From Candidatus Thorarchaeota archaeon (GTDB lineage: Archaea; Asgardarchaeota; Thorarchaeia; Thorarchaeales; Thorarchaeaceae): a DNA stretch of 32,000 bases. Both the position numbers and the translations under genes were made by a program. The stretch lies in contig SHMX01000003.1 of NCBI GenBank assembly GCA_008080745.1, forward strand, positions 480,001 to 512,000. Reading direction: 5' to 3'. A model generated the notes under the pieces. That model ran no database searches. It had not been told where the DNA came from and was given only the letters and a program-made list of their open reading frames with translations. Positions 19,201 to 26,270 of this stretch are shown in pieces (position 1 is the stretch's first letter; each line of letters starts with the position of its first letter).

Positions 19201-20906
19201 TCCATACATCGACAGAACCAGACAGGGTTATTGGCGAGATTTTGGTTGGAGAATTCGATGGAAGTGGACACAAAGATATTCTCCTCACTAGAGGTTACGG
19301 TGCCTACGCAGTAGACGGAAGTACTGGATTCTACATCTGGAAGTGGAATTCAACCTATTCATACTGTACTATGTACGACTTTACAGTCGGGAATTTCAAC
19401 GCCGATGGCTATGATGACCTCTACGTACTAAGAAATGATGGTCTATTCTACATCATAGATGGGAACGGAGGAATAGAAGATCTCGAAAGTTGGAGTATAG
19501 ATATCAAAGGAATTGCTTCCGGCGATGTATTGCCTGCTGAAGGAATCGAGTGCCTTACTATTACAGGGGATAAAGTAGGTTCGGTCTATGAAAATGTCTC
19601 GCTGTGTATTTGGGACTCGACAGGAGAACTGACATTCTACAACCTGCCCTATGGTGAAAACTCGTCTCTTAGTAGTGTCTACATCGAAATTGCTAACGCC
19701 GATTCGGAGGGTCTGGATGAGGTCATCGTAAAGTACTCATATAATAATGGCACTCATACCATCTATCAAATTAGATGTATTAGACCTACCACAGGAGAAA
19801 CAATATGGTACAAATATTCCAGCGAAAAAATCAACGAGATCAAAGTGGTCGATGTCAATCAAGATGGTAGTCCTGAAGTGATAGCTGCTTACGATTTTGG
19901 TGTAGGAGCAAATATTCTTCGAGTATATGATGGATTAAATGGTGCATCATTAGCAGAGGGAATGGACAATCAAGCCATCAATCTAAACGCTTTTGGTGAT
20001 TATGATGCTGACGGTCAGGTTGAATATGCTTATCGTTTCTCAGATGAGATAGAGGTATGGGACCTTTGGAATGATGCGGGTTCACTGATCATCGGAGGAT
20101 GGGTAAACATCACCATCATCGCAGAAGATGGAACAGGCAATAATGCAACCGACTCGGTGATAATCGACATCACTGATATTGATGCCCCGGCCGCTCCAAC
20201 CATAGTAAGTTCATCTGCAAATGATACAGCTGTTGAATTCACATGGTCTGAATCAGCAGGTCCTAATGTCGTAGGATATGAGATCTATAGAGGGAATGGC
20301 ACAAGTCCTTCACCTCATGCAATGGATCCTATCGCAGAGGTATCCAGCAGTATAACAAGCTACACAGATGATGAACTCCTTCCAGGAAAATACCATTATT
20401 GTGTTTTAGCCATAGATGAGGATGATGTGAGGTCTGCTCGTTCTAACGAGATTTCTCATCTGGTTGGAGACCCCATAGATTGGTACACATTTGGAGGACC
20501 AGAAACCCCATGGCATATACGACTGAATCGAACCGAGACCGGAGTTGAACTAACCTGGAATACACCATCTAGCCCAGATATAACAGGCATTCGTATTTAC
20601 AGGGATGACGAATCTATCAACGATATCTCAGTTGGTGTTCACGAGGAAGTGGGAGCAACAGTAGTCGAGTTCACAGAGAGCCTCGAAGAGGATGAAGGAT
20701 ACTGGTATGCCCTGACAGCAATTGATTCAGAGGGGCGAGAGAGTCCACTCAGTATCAGTATGTACTCAGGTACGTTGGTTCAGCCGGTTAACACTGCAAC
20801 ACCACCATCCCTGATAGACCAAATACTAGGAATCCTACTGCATCCAGCCACATTGATTATCATCGCGGTTGTTGTTGTGGTCTTGATACTTGTATTCAGA
20901 GAATAG
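16254..20906 (+). CDS. 1550-aa membrane-anchored surface protein: signal peptide, unknown N-region, Ig-like domains, FG-GAP-like beta-propeller, two FN3 domains, C-terminal TM
   Basis: N-terminal MRSKIFALVVITLLVV; about eight GDxNxDGxxD-type repeats at ~18830-20075; FN3 patterns (VEFTWSES..VVGYEIYRG; VELTWNTP..ITGIRIYRD); C-terminal LIIIAVVVVVLILVFRE. Confidence 0.85.
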   Translation: MRSKIFALVVITLLVVPYMLPLTQPISYNHRTDASNLDTINESKKDITHDGYHPMFTDRSVISSHQSSNVTVLARTSTSQDINFEKVWYQEYDVEVLNPNVFRIGRNWVSLDVTFWARLTLTVPVRIQIIEPDTELLSGTVQQAVVSVETLSAPQYCLDVGFDAYLDYRVFKPKELALQSIFDWHVETPEPRPSKYNWSTSFEGEFWAFSPSGRSHAPWGFHHEFVDNPLLYLALRAVPWYEGKLSADIDVSGGGAVASSKTYYWNAVENKVIPIEIDENAGDGDPIELTLSNINYKLRCGIDWFAEVELRTILALFAVIFVRKKIPREILLATFPETDWITLTPTTPDAMSVSMTTTAMRYDHVNIHVKRVISSGDTEPFPIHSNSYATLTLTQWDDFNNWWTVFLNSDSVATFVDLDPELRYCWVLMIDGVVVATSSSFYEMGSSIAPEDEHFVWDNTQENVDLLVTTDMTGYVDITFSAFNSTGEVLESMEDTTIWIGKIEPNHGDYWAAITNPEAFNMAMMGDMSVDLLSLRYLTVDDNGQTFWTQNTRPNGQYKIWVVQGFEYEQGWFTEDQVIFEKEISITQSGNYILIGDQTQGLDSLKILRDLEDPETSSSSTMLYPSYEVSGRYHIGGTVQVRMRVTDDIEVPMAWAELDTGHRISMTSFGNGYFYTEINLRTIETGSQNITLDIMDVAGKTDSIVIPVHIDNTAPIIEDIDITTSSGTSTFSCNVYDDTPIYSAEVYYLNGDVVQSQSLSITQGNPAVISGTFPESDDFYVEISDYVLNTGYYDTTPPNITILNDYERIDLNHMRIHLDVSDFGSGLDSYLVLFNGSLCTSDTGESFVLDLRIPSIGPAQLEKEWNWTLDGGPMYRQLHAGDLNGDGYDDLVWTCLMLYDDNGTTMFLHLLQALDGKTRTLILNETISDSDLGWDNVLDPCIYDFDGDGKDEIAFASHILGNVRLFDGETGSILWTHSLGGYIHTSTEPDRVIGEILVGEFDGSGHKDILLTRGYGAYAVDGSTGFYIWKWNSTYSYCTMYDFTVGNFNADGYDDLYVLRNDGLFYIIDGNGGIEDLESWSIDIKGIASGDVLPAEGIECLTITGDKVGSVYENVSLCIWDSTGELTFYNLPYGENSSLSSVYIEIANADSEGLDEVIVKYSYNNGTHTIYQIRCIRPTTGETIWYKYSSEKINEIKVVDVNQDGSPEVIAAYDFGVGANILRVYDGLNGASLAEGMDNQAINLNAFGDYDADGQVEYAYRFSDEIEVWDLWNDAGSLIIGGWVNITIIAEDGTGNNATDSVIIDITDIDAPAAPTIVSSSANDTAVEFTWSESAGPNVVGYEIYRGNGTSPSPHAMDPIAEVSSSITSYTDDELLPGKYHYCVLAIDEDDVRSARSNEISHLVGDPIDWYTFGGPETPWHIRLNRTETGVELTWNTPSSPDITGIRIYRDDESINDISVGVHEEVGATVVEFTESLEEDEGYWYALTAIDSEGRESPLSISMYSGTLVQPVNTATPPSLIDQILGILLHPATLIIIAVVVVVLILVFRE

Positions 20907-20914
20907 TTAACATG

Positions 20915-20951
20915 GAGCTCATCGTAAAGATGAGCTCAATCTCTCTTTTTT
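20915..20951 (+). terminator. Hairpin plus T-tract downstream of the surface protein gene
   Basis: GAGCTCATC-GTAAA-GATGAGCTC (9-bp perfect stem, 20915-20937), then CTCTCTTTTTT. Confidence 0.7.
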
Positions 20952-21230
20952 GATCTAAGATCAGCGATTAGACTTCACCGGAATATGCCGTTGCACAGAA
21001 CTTGGACAAAGGTGGACAGGTGTCCTCATCTGCTGTCTGTTTCCTGTTTCATCGAGGCTGCATCACCTCTCGCAGAGGATGGGGGATGTCTTACTCTCTC
21101 TCTCCACAGGCGTTTAACGCCTCCGTGCAACTCACGGTGGCATATCTATCTTAGATATGATTCCTAATAACCCCCCTCTTCTGATGGTCTAGGTATACAC
21201 TCCCGGTGGCTGAGCTGCAGGGGATACCAT
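20952..21230 (-). ncRNA. Candidate structured non-coding RNA of unassigned family
   Basis: About 51% GC by hand count. Nested long-range helices whose mismatches become G-U pairs only on the minus strand. See findings. Confidence 0.55.
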
Positions 21231-21245
21231 ATACAGGTCAATACA

Positions 21246-21605
21246 TCAAAGAGTCAATTGATATATGTCCAAGATTGTCCACGTTTTGATCAGCTGTTGC
21301 ATACCCCTCAGAATTAAGGCTAAAGATACCAGTACAATAAATAAGAAACATAATCCAACAACACATATCCCACAAGCCCTCACGCCGGATGTTTTTCCCT
21401 TCGGTTTTACAAAGGAGTCTGGAGTTTTATGGTCTAAAGGGGGCAATGCTCTTTCAGAATCCATTGGGAACGTGCCAAACCCAGAATGATATTCAAACAA
21501 ACCACCACAATTTGAACAGGTCATCTTCACACTGGAATCATATGGAACAGAACCAGAAACGGGTACAGATGTATCACAGTAAGGACATATTGGTGATTCA
21601 GACAT
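21246..21605 (-). CDS. Zinc-ribbon protein with Cys-rich C-terminal TM helix (paralog 1)
   Basis: CPYC-x19-CSNC, then a linker, then CGICVVGLCFLFIVLVSLALIL. Confidence 0.8.
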   Translation of the reverse strand: MSESPICPYCDTSVPVSGSVPYDSSVKMTCSNCGGLFEYHSGFGTFPMDSERALPPLDHKTPDSFVKPKGKTSGVRACGICVVGLCFLFIVLVSLALILRGMQQLIKTWTILDIYQLTL

Positions 21606-21739
21606 TCAAATAGTGCTCCAGCTCCTTAGAGGTAATCCCACTATATTGACTTATCTCAATCGCACTTGATTACTGGTCACTCCTAGATTTCAAACACTTT
21701 TTCGATACTATTGCTTTGGTTATTAGTAACTCCTCCATA

Positions 21740-22168
21740 TCAGAAGAAAATAAACCAAAAACCAGGAGTTAGTATTAGCAGCAGTACAGCTAGTAGAATA
21801 TCGAGAAGACAGCATAGAGTACAAATGATTGCACATCCCTTTCCGCAGGAAGTTCCGGAGTCATCACTACGTCTCCGTTCAAGGAGTGGATCTGGAATAG
21901 GAGTCGAAGGATCTAGATAATCACGTCGACCAGTCTGAGTGTCATAAGACCGCGATGAATCATCATAGCTTCGAGAGCTGCGTGGTTCTAGACCATCACT
22001 ATATGTCGAAACAGGTCTATCATCGGATGAAAATGCGCCAAATCCTGAAACATACTCGAAAGTACTACCACAATTTGGACAATTCACTTTCACTTTAGTA
22101 TCATAAGGGAGAGAGCCTTGAATACTCACATTTGTCCCACAGTAAGGGCATATTGGTGTTTCAGCCAT
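21740..22168 (-). CDS. Zinc-ribbon protein with Cys-rich, CYSTM-like tail anchor (paralog 2)
   Basis: CPYC-x19-CPNC, an acidic/Ser linker, then CGKGCAIICTLCCLLDILLAVLLLIL. ATG 22168 aligns with the paralog start; the track starts at 22183. Confidence 0.8.
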   Translation of the reverse strand: MAETPICPYCGTNVSIQGSLPYDTKVKVNCPNCGSTFEYVSGFGAFSSDDRPVSTYSDGLEPRSSRSYDDSSRSYDTQTGRRDYLDPSTPIPDPLLERRRSDDSGTSCGKGCAIICTLCCLLDILLAVLLLILTPGFWFIFF

Positions 22169-22301
22169 AGAGCAATTCTCCATTACCAGTAGTATCTGGT
22201 TGCTAACCTGTGCTATACGTGAACAGAAATATAGTTACCGAGTGAGAAGTGACAGAATAACATAATAAGCTAGATATTGAGGGAAAAGAGGTGAGTTCAC
22301 A

Positions 22302-22949
22302 ATGTCGCTAAAAGATAGAATACTATCTCTGCCAAGATATGCTCTACTAGGTTATTTTGCCCCACTAATATCATTAGTATGCATCATGATTGCAATCGGG
22401 CTCTCGCCGGATTTTCTTTGGACCGATAATGCACTCAGTGATTTGGGTCATTATACTAGAACAGATCTAGGTGGGCCCCAACTTCTAGTAGCTATCATTT
22501 TCAATGGAGGTCTAATCACAACTGCAATTCTCGTTCTATATTCTACCTTCCTATTATTCAGCGAGTTCAAAGATCCATTCACCAAGATAGCATTTGGGAT
22601 ATTTTTCATTGCAAGTCTTTTCCTTCTCGCAATTGGAATATTTAGTGAGAATTTTGGATCTCTGCATTTTATTGTATCCGTTGGTTTCTTTCTCTCGTTT
22701 CCATGGGCAATGTGGATCTCTGCATTCAGCTGGATAAGATACCCATCGCTGAGAATAGCATCTGTATTGTATCTCATCCTCCCGTTCCTCTCTGTGTTTC
22801 TCTGGATAACCCCCTATCCCACCGAGGTATTTGGATGGACTGGTGTTGCCATTCCTGAGATTCTAACAGCTCTGACTGCAATTCTCTGGTTATGGATACT
22901 AATTTACCATAAAGAAACGGGTCGAATGAGTATGCTGTTGAAAGAGTAG
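22302..22949 (+). CDS. DUF998-family membrane protein
   Basis: NALSDLG, IFNGGL and GIFSENFGSLHF; about 6 TM; GAGGTGA RBS. Confidence 0.75.
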   Translation: MSLKDRILSLPRYALLGYFAPLISLVCIMIAIGLSPDFLWTDNALSDLGHYTRTDLGGPQLLVAIIFNGGLITTAILVLYSTFLLFSEFKDPFTKIAFGIFFIASLFLLAIGIFSENFGSLHFIVSVGFFLSFPWAMWISAFSWIRYPSLRIASVLYLILPFLSVFLWITPYPTEVFGWTGVAIPEILTALTAILWLWILIYHKETGRMSMLLKE

Positions 22950-22956
22950 AAACAAA

Positions 22957-22989
22957 GCTTCTCTTCTAAGGGAGAAGCACCATTTTTTG
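22957..22989 (+). terminator. Hairpin plus T-tract after the first DUF998 gene
   Basis: GCTTCTCTT-CTAA-GGGAGAAGC (7 WC + 2 G-U pairs, 22957-22978), then ACCATTTTTT. Confidence 0.6.
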
Positions 22990-23036
22990 AAAACTTTAAT
23001 TGGTTTCGCACTAAGAGAGTCATGTGAGTAATCGTC

Positions 23037-23750
23037 TTGAGTGCCGCTTTTGACAGTCTGATAATTGTATTTGTCTATGCTAGTATTGTAGCATTGGTGT
23101 CCTTAGTGTTCAGCTATGTATCTCCAAAGCTACCAGGATTCTCAGGTTGGCGATTCTTTAGAAGAAAGATTCTGCTTTTACCTGCAATCACATTTGTTTT
23201 GACCTTATTCATTACACCTGCCATTGTGACCCTGCCTATAACACCATACAAAGGTCCCAATGAGGCAGCAAGGCCGGTCTTTGGAGAAGAGTCAGTACAA
23301 TTTACCATGTATGAGAGTAATGTAGCATATACTAATCATGTGAAATTGTATGGTTCTGCTAATTTAATGGAGGGATACAGCGTGGTTATCACAGCAAACT
23401 TATCTCAGAATGACACTCTCGTCACTTCCATACAATTGACTCTAACTCCTGACAACGATGAAAGAGAAACGTCTACAACTCTTGCTCCGGGAGAATACAC
23501 AGTAGAGTTCAACGAGTCTTGGTATTTTGAGATGGAGCCCACTGATGATCAATATACATACATGCAGGTCTCACAAGAGATGACAGAGGAGCATTTCAAA
23601 GAGCTGATAGATTGGGATACTGCTCGATTCGTCATGATTGTTTCTTCATTCTTCGTATTATTAGGGGGTATTTGTGTAGACACCAGTTCTGTTGAAAAAG
23701 AAGAGAAAATTCCCGAGAGCATAGTTTACCGAAGTTATGATGTGGAATAA
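23037..23750 (+). CDS. Hypothetical 3-TM protein with a soluble beta-rich domain
   Basis: Two N-terminal TM helices, a beta-rich middle (TLAPGEYTVEF) with NxS/T sequons, and a C-terminal TM. TTG start. Confidence 0.7.
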   Translation: MSAAFDSLIIVFVYASIVALVSLVFSYVSPKLPGFSGWRFFRRKILLLPAITFVLTLFITPAIVTLPITPYKGPNEAARPVFGEESVQFTMYESNVAYTNHVKLYGSANLMEGYSVVITANLSQNDTLVTSIQLTLTPDNDERETSTTLAPGEYTVEFNESWYFEMEPTDDQYTYMQVSQEMTEEHFKELIDWDTARFVMIVSSFFVLLGGICVDTSSVEKEEKIPESIVYRSYDVE

Positions 23751-23796
23751 TAAAAGGAAAAACAAGTTGAAATAGTGGAATGTCAATTCCAATGAC

Positions 23797-24423
23797 ATGT
23801 CTGTCCTTGAAAGATTACGTAGCATACCTCAGTTCAATCTGATAGGTTTTATCAGCCCCTTCATTGGATTGATTGGCATCTTTATTTCCATTCTTCTGCT
23901 TCCCGGATGGACATGGAATGATGCAATAAGTGACCTTGGCAGTTGGTTCAGAACCGATATGGGAGATTTACAGATACTAAGTGCTATCATATTCAATACT
24001 GGTCTGATTCTGACTGGAGGGCTCTTATTCTACTTTACAATCAGTTTCATCAAAAGAACGACTGACATCTGGACAAAACTGGGAATGATTATCTTTGCAG
24101 GAACATCACTTTTTCTTTTGCTTGTGGGTGTTTTTTCCGAGGATTTTATGCTTCAGCATTTCTTTGCAGCATTTTCATTCTTCCTCTCATATCCATTTGC
24201 GATGTGGGTGATTGGTATAGCATGGTTACGTTTTCCTAAAGTTCGTTGGTTTGCGGTCTTTTCCCTATTTCTGCCATTTTTCTGTCTGTGGGCAATCCTT
24301 ACTCCATGGGCGGGCTTTGCTATCAGGGAATTGGTTTCTGCACTCGGAGCGATACTTTGGATCTGGATAGTTAATGTCCTTCACTATAGCGGTAAACTAG
24401 ATGTTGTGATGAAAGATGAATAA
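23797..24423 (+). CDS. DUF998-family membrane protein (paralog of 22302-22949)
   Basis: DAISDLG, IFNTGL and GVFSEDFMLQHF. Confidence 0.75.
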   Translation: MSVLERLRSIPQFNLIGFISPFIGLIGIFISILLLPGWTWNDAISDLGSWFRTDMGDLQILSAIIFNTGLILTGGLLFYFTISFIKRTTDIWTKLGMIIFAGTSLFLLLVGVFSEDFMLQHFFAAFSFFLSYPFAMWVIGIAWLRFPKVRWFAVFSLFLPFFCLWAILTPWAGFAIRELVSALGAILWIWIVNVLHYSGKLDVVMKDE

Positions 24424-24533
24424 TAGAGATGAAAAAGGTATATTTCAAATAGATTATTAAATTACAGAGAAGTATACACATTCCATTGAGATTATTTTAC
24501 ATGGGATATAATAGGGAACTCCGAGGAAGATAC

Positions 24534-26129
24534 ATGTCTGAAGAGAAGAGAGTGGCCGAACACCAAGATATGTTCAAACAAGAAAGGATGGCATATCAGG
24601 CCATAGCGGAGGCTGCTATAGAGATAGACCGTCCTGAAGTGCTACTCAGCAGAATTCTCGCTACTCTATCAGATATCTTTCATTTCAATATGGGTACAGT
24701 TCGAATATTCAACAGTGAAAACAATACACTTGACCTCATTGCATCTATTGGAACGGGGGAGCAAGAGTATACAGAGTCACTTGATATCTCGGACGAATCA
24801 ATGATTGTAAGTGAAGTGGCAAGAACAAAAACCGCAATATTTGCACCGAATGTAGAAGAGGAAACGAAGCTTCAAAAATATAATAGCTATCTGGTTATTG
24901 GAGCAAAATCACTCATTGCATTACCAGTGTTGGGCGAAAATGATAATCTGTTAGGTGTCATGAGTCTTGCAAGCCCAGAACCAAAACAAATCCCTGATGA
25001 ATTCTCCAGTTTTTTTGACACACTGGCAAAGATTCTAACCACAATCTTGGAGAGACAGCGAGCAAAAGAAGCTCTCCGAAAGAGTGAGATTCAATATCAA
25101 ATGCTATTTGAAAAAGCAAATGATGCTATATTTCTGATGAAGTTTGATCAGTTCATCGAATGCAATTCAAGAGCCACAGATATGTTTAGGTGCGATAGAG
25201 GAAAATTGCTTGGTGGGAAACCCTACGATTTCTCTCCAGAAATTCAGCCAGATGGAAGGGACTCGAAGGAAAAAGCCATTGAAATGATTCAACAGGCACA
25301 TGATGGCAAATCGCTCTATTTTGAATGGCAGCATATGCGTTGTGACGGAACCATATTTGATGCTGAGGTGGGTTTGAATCGAATTATCCTAGGAGAAGAA
25401 ATTATTCTTCAAGCCATTGTAAGAGACATCTCTGAACGGAAGAAAACAGAAGAAAAGATGAAGAAAATCGCTGAAACCGCTACACTCTACTTGGATGTGA
25501 TGGGACATGATATCCGGAATCAGCTTCAGGCAATTCTGATGGGTTCGTCTCTCCTAAGAGAATTGGAGAGAACAGGTACAGCAGAACGAGCGTTAGATAT
25601 GATAGATTATGCAATAGAATCATGTCAGAGCATAATCACCAACGTCCACAGCACAGAAGGTCTTTTGGAGTCCCATCTACAGGAGATAGATGTCACACCA
25701 ATCATGGAACGGATTATAGAAGAGGTAAAAGCAAGACATCCAGATGTAAAAATTGAGATGAAGGGTGAATGTGACTCCAGCTCAATTATTGGTGATCAAT
25801 ATTTCGACTACCTGCTTTTTAGCATAATTGAGAACGCAGTGATTCACAACCCCAATAGACTCAAAAAAATTTGGATAAATAAAGAAGAAACGGATGACCA
25901 ATGTATCATCTCTGTAAGTGATAACGGTCCTGGAATTCCGGATAAACGAAAAGAGTATCTATTTGATGCAACGAGAAGATTTGGCGGAGTCGGGCTTCAT
26001 CAAGCATACCAGATTATTCAAAAATATGGTGGAGACATTAGTATAACAGACCGTATTGAGGGACATCCAGAGAAGGGTGTTAAATTCGTAGTTAGAATCC
26101 CTAAAACCAAAGCATCTAATATTGAATAA
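24534..26129 (+). CDS. Soluble GAF-PAS sensor histidine kinase
   Basis: GAF (KSLIALPVL..LLGVMSL), PAS/PAC (FEKANDAIF..WQHMRCDG), H-box GHDIRNQL, N-box ENAVIHN, DNGPGI and GGVGL. ATG 24534 preferred; the track starts at 24486. Confidence 0.9.
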   Translation: MSEEKRVAEHQDMFKQERMAYQAIAEAAIEIDRPEVLLSRILATLSDIFHFNMGTVRIFNSENNTLDLIASIGTGEQEYTESLDISDESMIVSEVARTKTAIFAPNVEEETKLQKYNSYLVIGAKSLIALPVLGENDNLLGVMSLASPEPKQIPDEFSSFFDTLAKILTTILERQRAKEALRKSEIQYQMLFEKANDAIFLMKFDQFIECNSRATDMFRCDRGKLLGGKPYDFSPEIQPDGRDSKEKAIEMIQQAHDGKSLYFEWQHMRCDGTIFDAEVGLNRIILGEEIILQAIVRDISERKKTEEKMKKIAETATLYLDVMGHDIRNQLQAILMGSSLLRELERTGTAERALDMIDYAIESCQSIITNVHSTEGLLESHLQEIDVTPIMERIIEEVKARHPDVKIEMKGECDSSSIIGDQYFDYLLFSIIENAVIHNPNRLKKIWINKEETDDQCIISVSDNGPGIPDKRKEYLFDATRRFGGVGLHQAYQIIQKYGGDISITDRIEGHPEKGVKFVVRIPKTKASNIE

Positions 26130-26240
26130 GCACTCCTGACGTTAAGCATCCTTTAATGGTTTTAGATGAATATAATTTTCTTGGAATTTGATATCACATC
26201 TTTGGAAACAAGCAGAAAGCATAGAAAAGAAGTGAGAAGA

Positions 26241-26257
26241 CCCTGTAAGATACAGGG
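26241..26257 (-). terminator. Hairpin downstream of the Fe-S gene
   Basis: CCCTGTA-AGA-TACAGGG (7-bp perfect stem), followed on the minus strand by a pyrimidine/T-rich tract. Confidence 0.6.
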
Positions 26258-26270
26258 CCTTGAAAATAAA

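Noticed and set aside
20880-20906. C-terminal LVFRE as an integrin-alpha GFFKR-like tail
   Set aside because: Too short and too weak a match; basic residues after a TM are generic.
21020-21075. SAM-I, hammerhead or SECIS-like words (GAGAGGUG, CUCGAUGAAAC, GAAAC, AUGA...AGAU)
   Set aside because: No GCAACC/GGUGC P3 for SAM-I; no CUGAUGA or stem II for a hammerhead; no pairable helix II between the GA quartets for a SECIS.
20985-21167. 60-aa plus-strand ORF in the track
   Set aside because: No RBS or recognisable motif; it overlies the structured GC-rich element and is better explained as non-coding.
21075-21185. Element as (circularly permuted) RNase P RNA: CAGAAGAGGGGGGUUA resembles CR-V and GAGUAAGACAUCCCCC resembles CR-I
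   Set aside because: The order is reversed relative to RNase P, the GAGGAA core is not intact, and there is no convincing CR-IV or P15. Kept only as something for cmscan to test.
20952-21230. Element as canonical SRP (7S) RNA: similar size, an Alu-like CCUGCAGCUCAGCCACCGGGAG stretch, a long helix, and CAGG...AGCAG
   Set aside because: Only 8 unpairable nt (AAACAGAC) lie between CAGG and AGCAG, so there is no helix 8 stem or GNRA loop. There is also no helix 3 with a loop complementary to the putative helix 4 loop.
21189-21248. Selenocysteine read-through of zinc-ribbon paralog 1 (TGA-TGT would add UCIDLYMVSPAAQPPGVYT)
   Set aside because: No convincing SECIS was found downstream, the paralog has no Cys at the equivalent position, and an 18-codon open extension is expected by chance.
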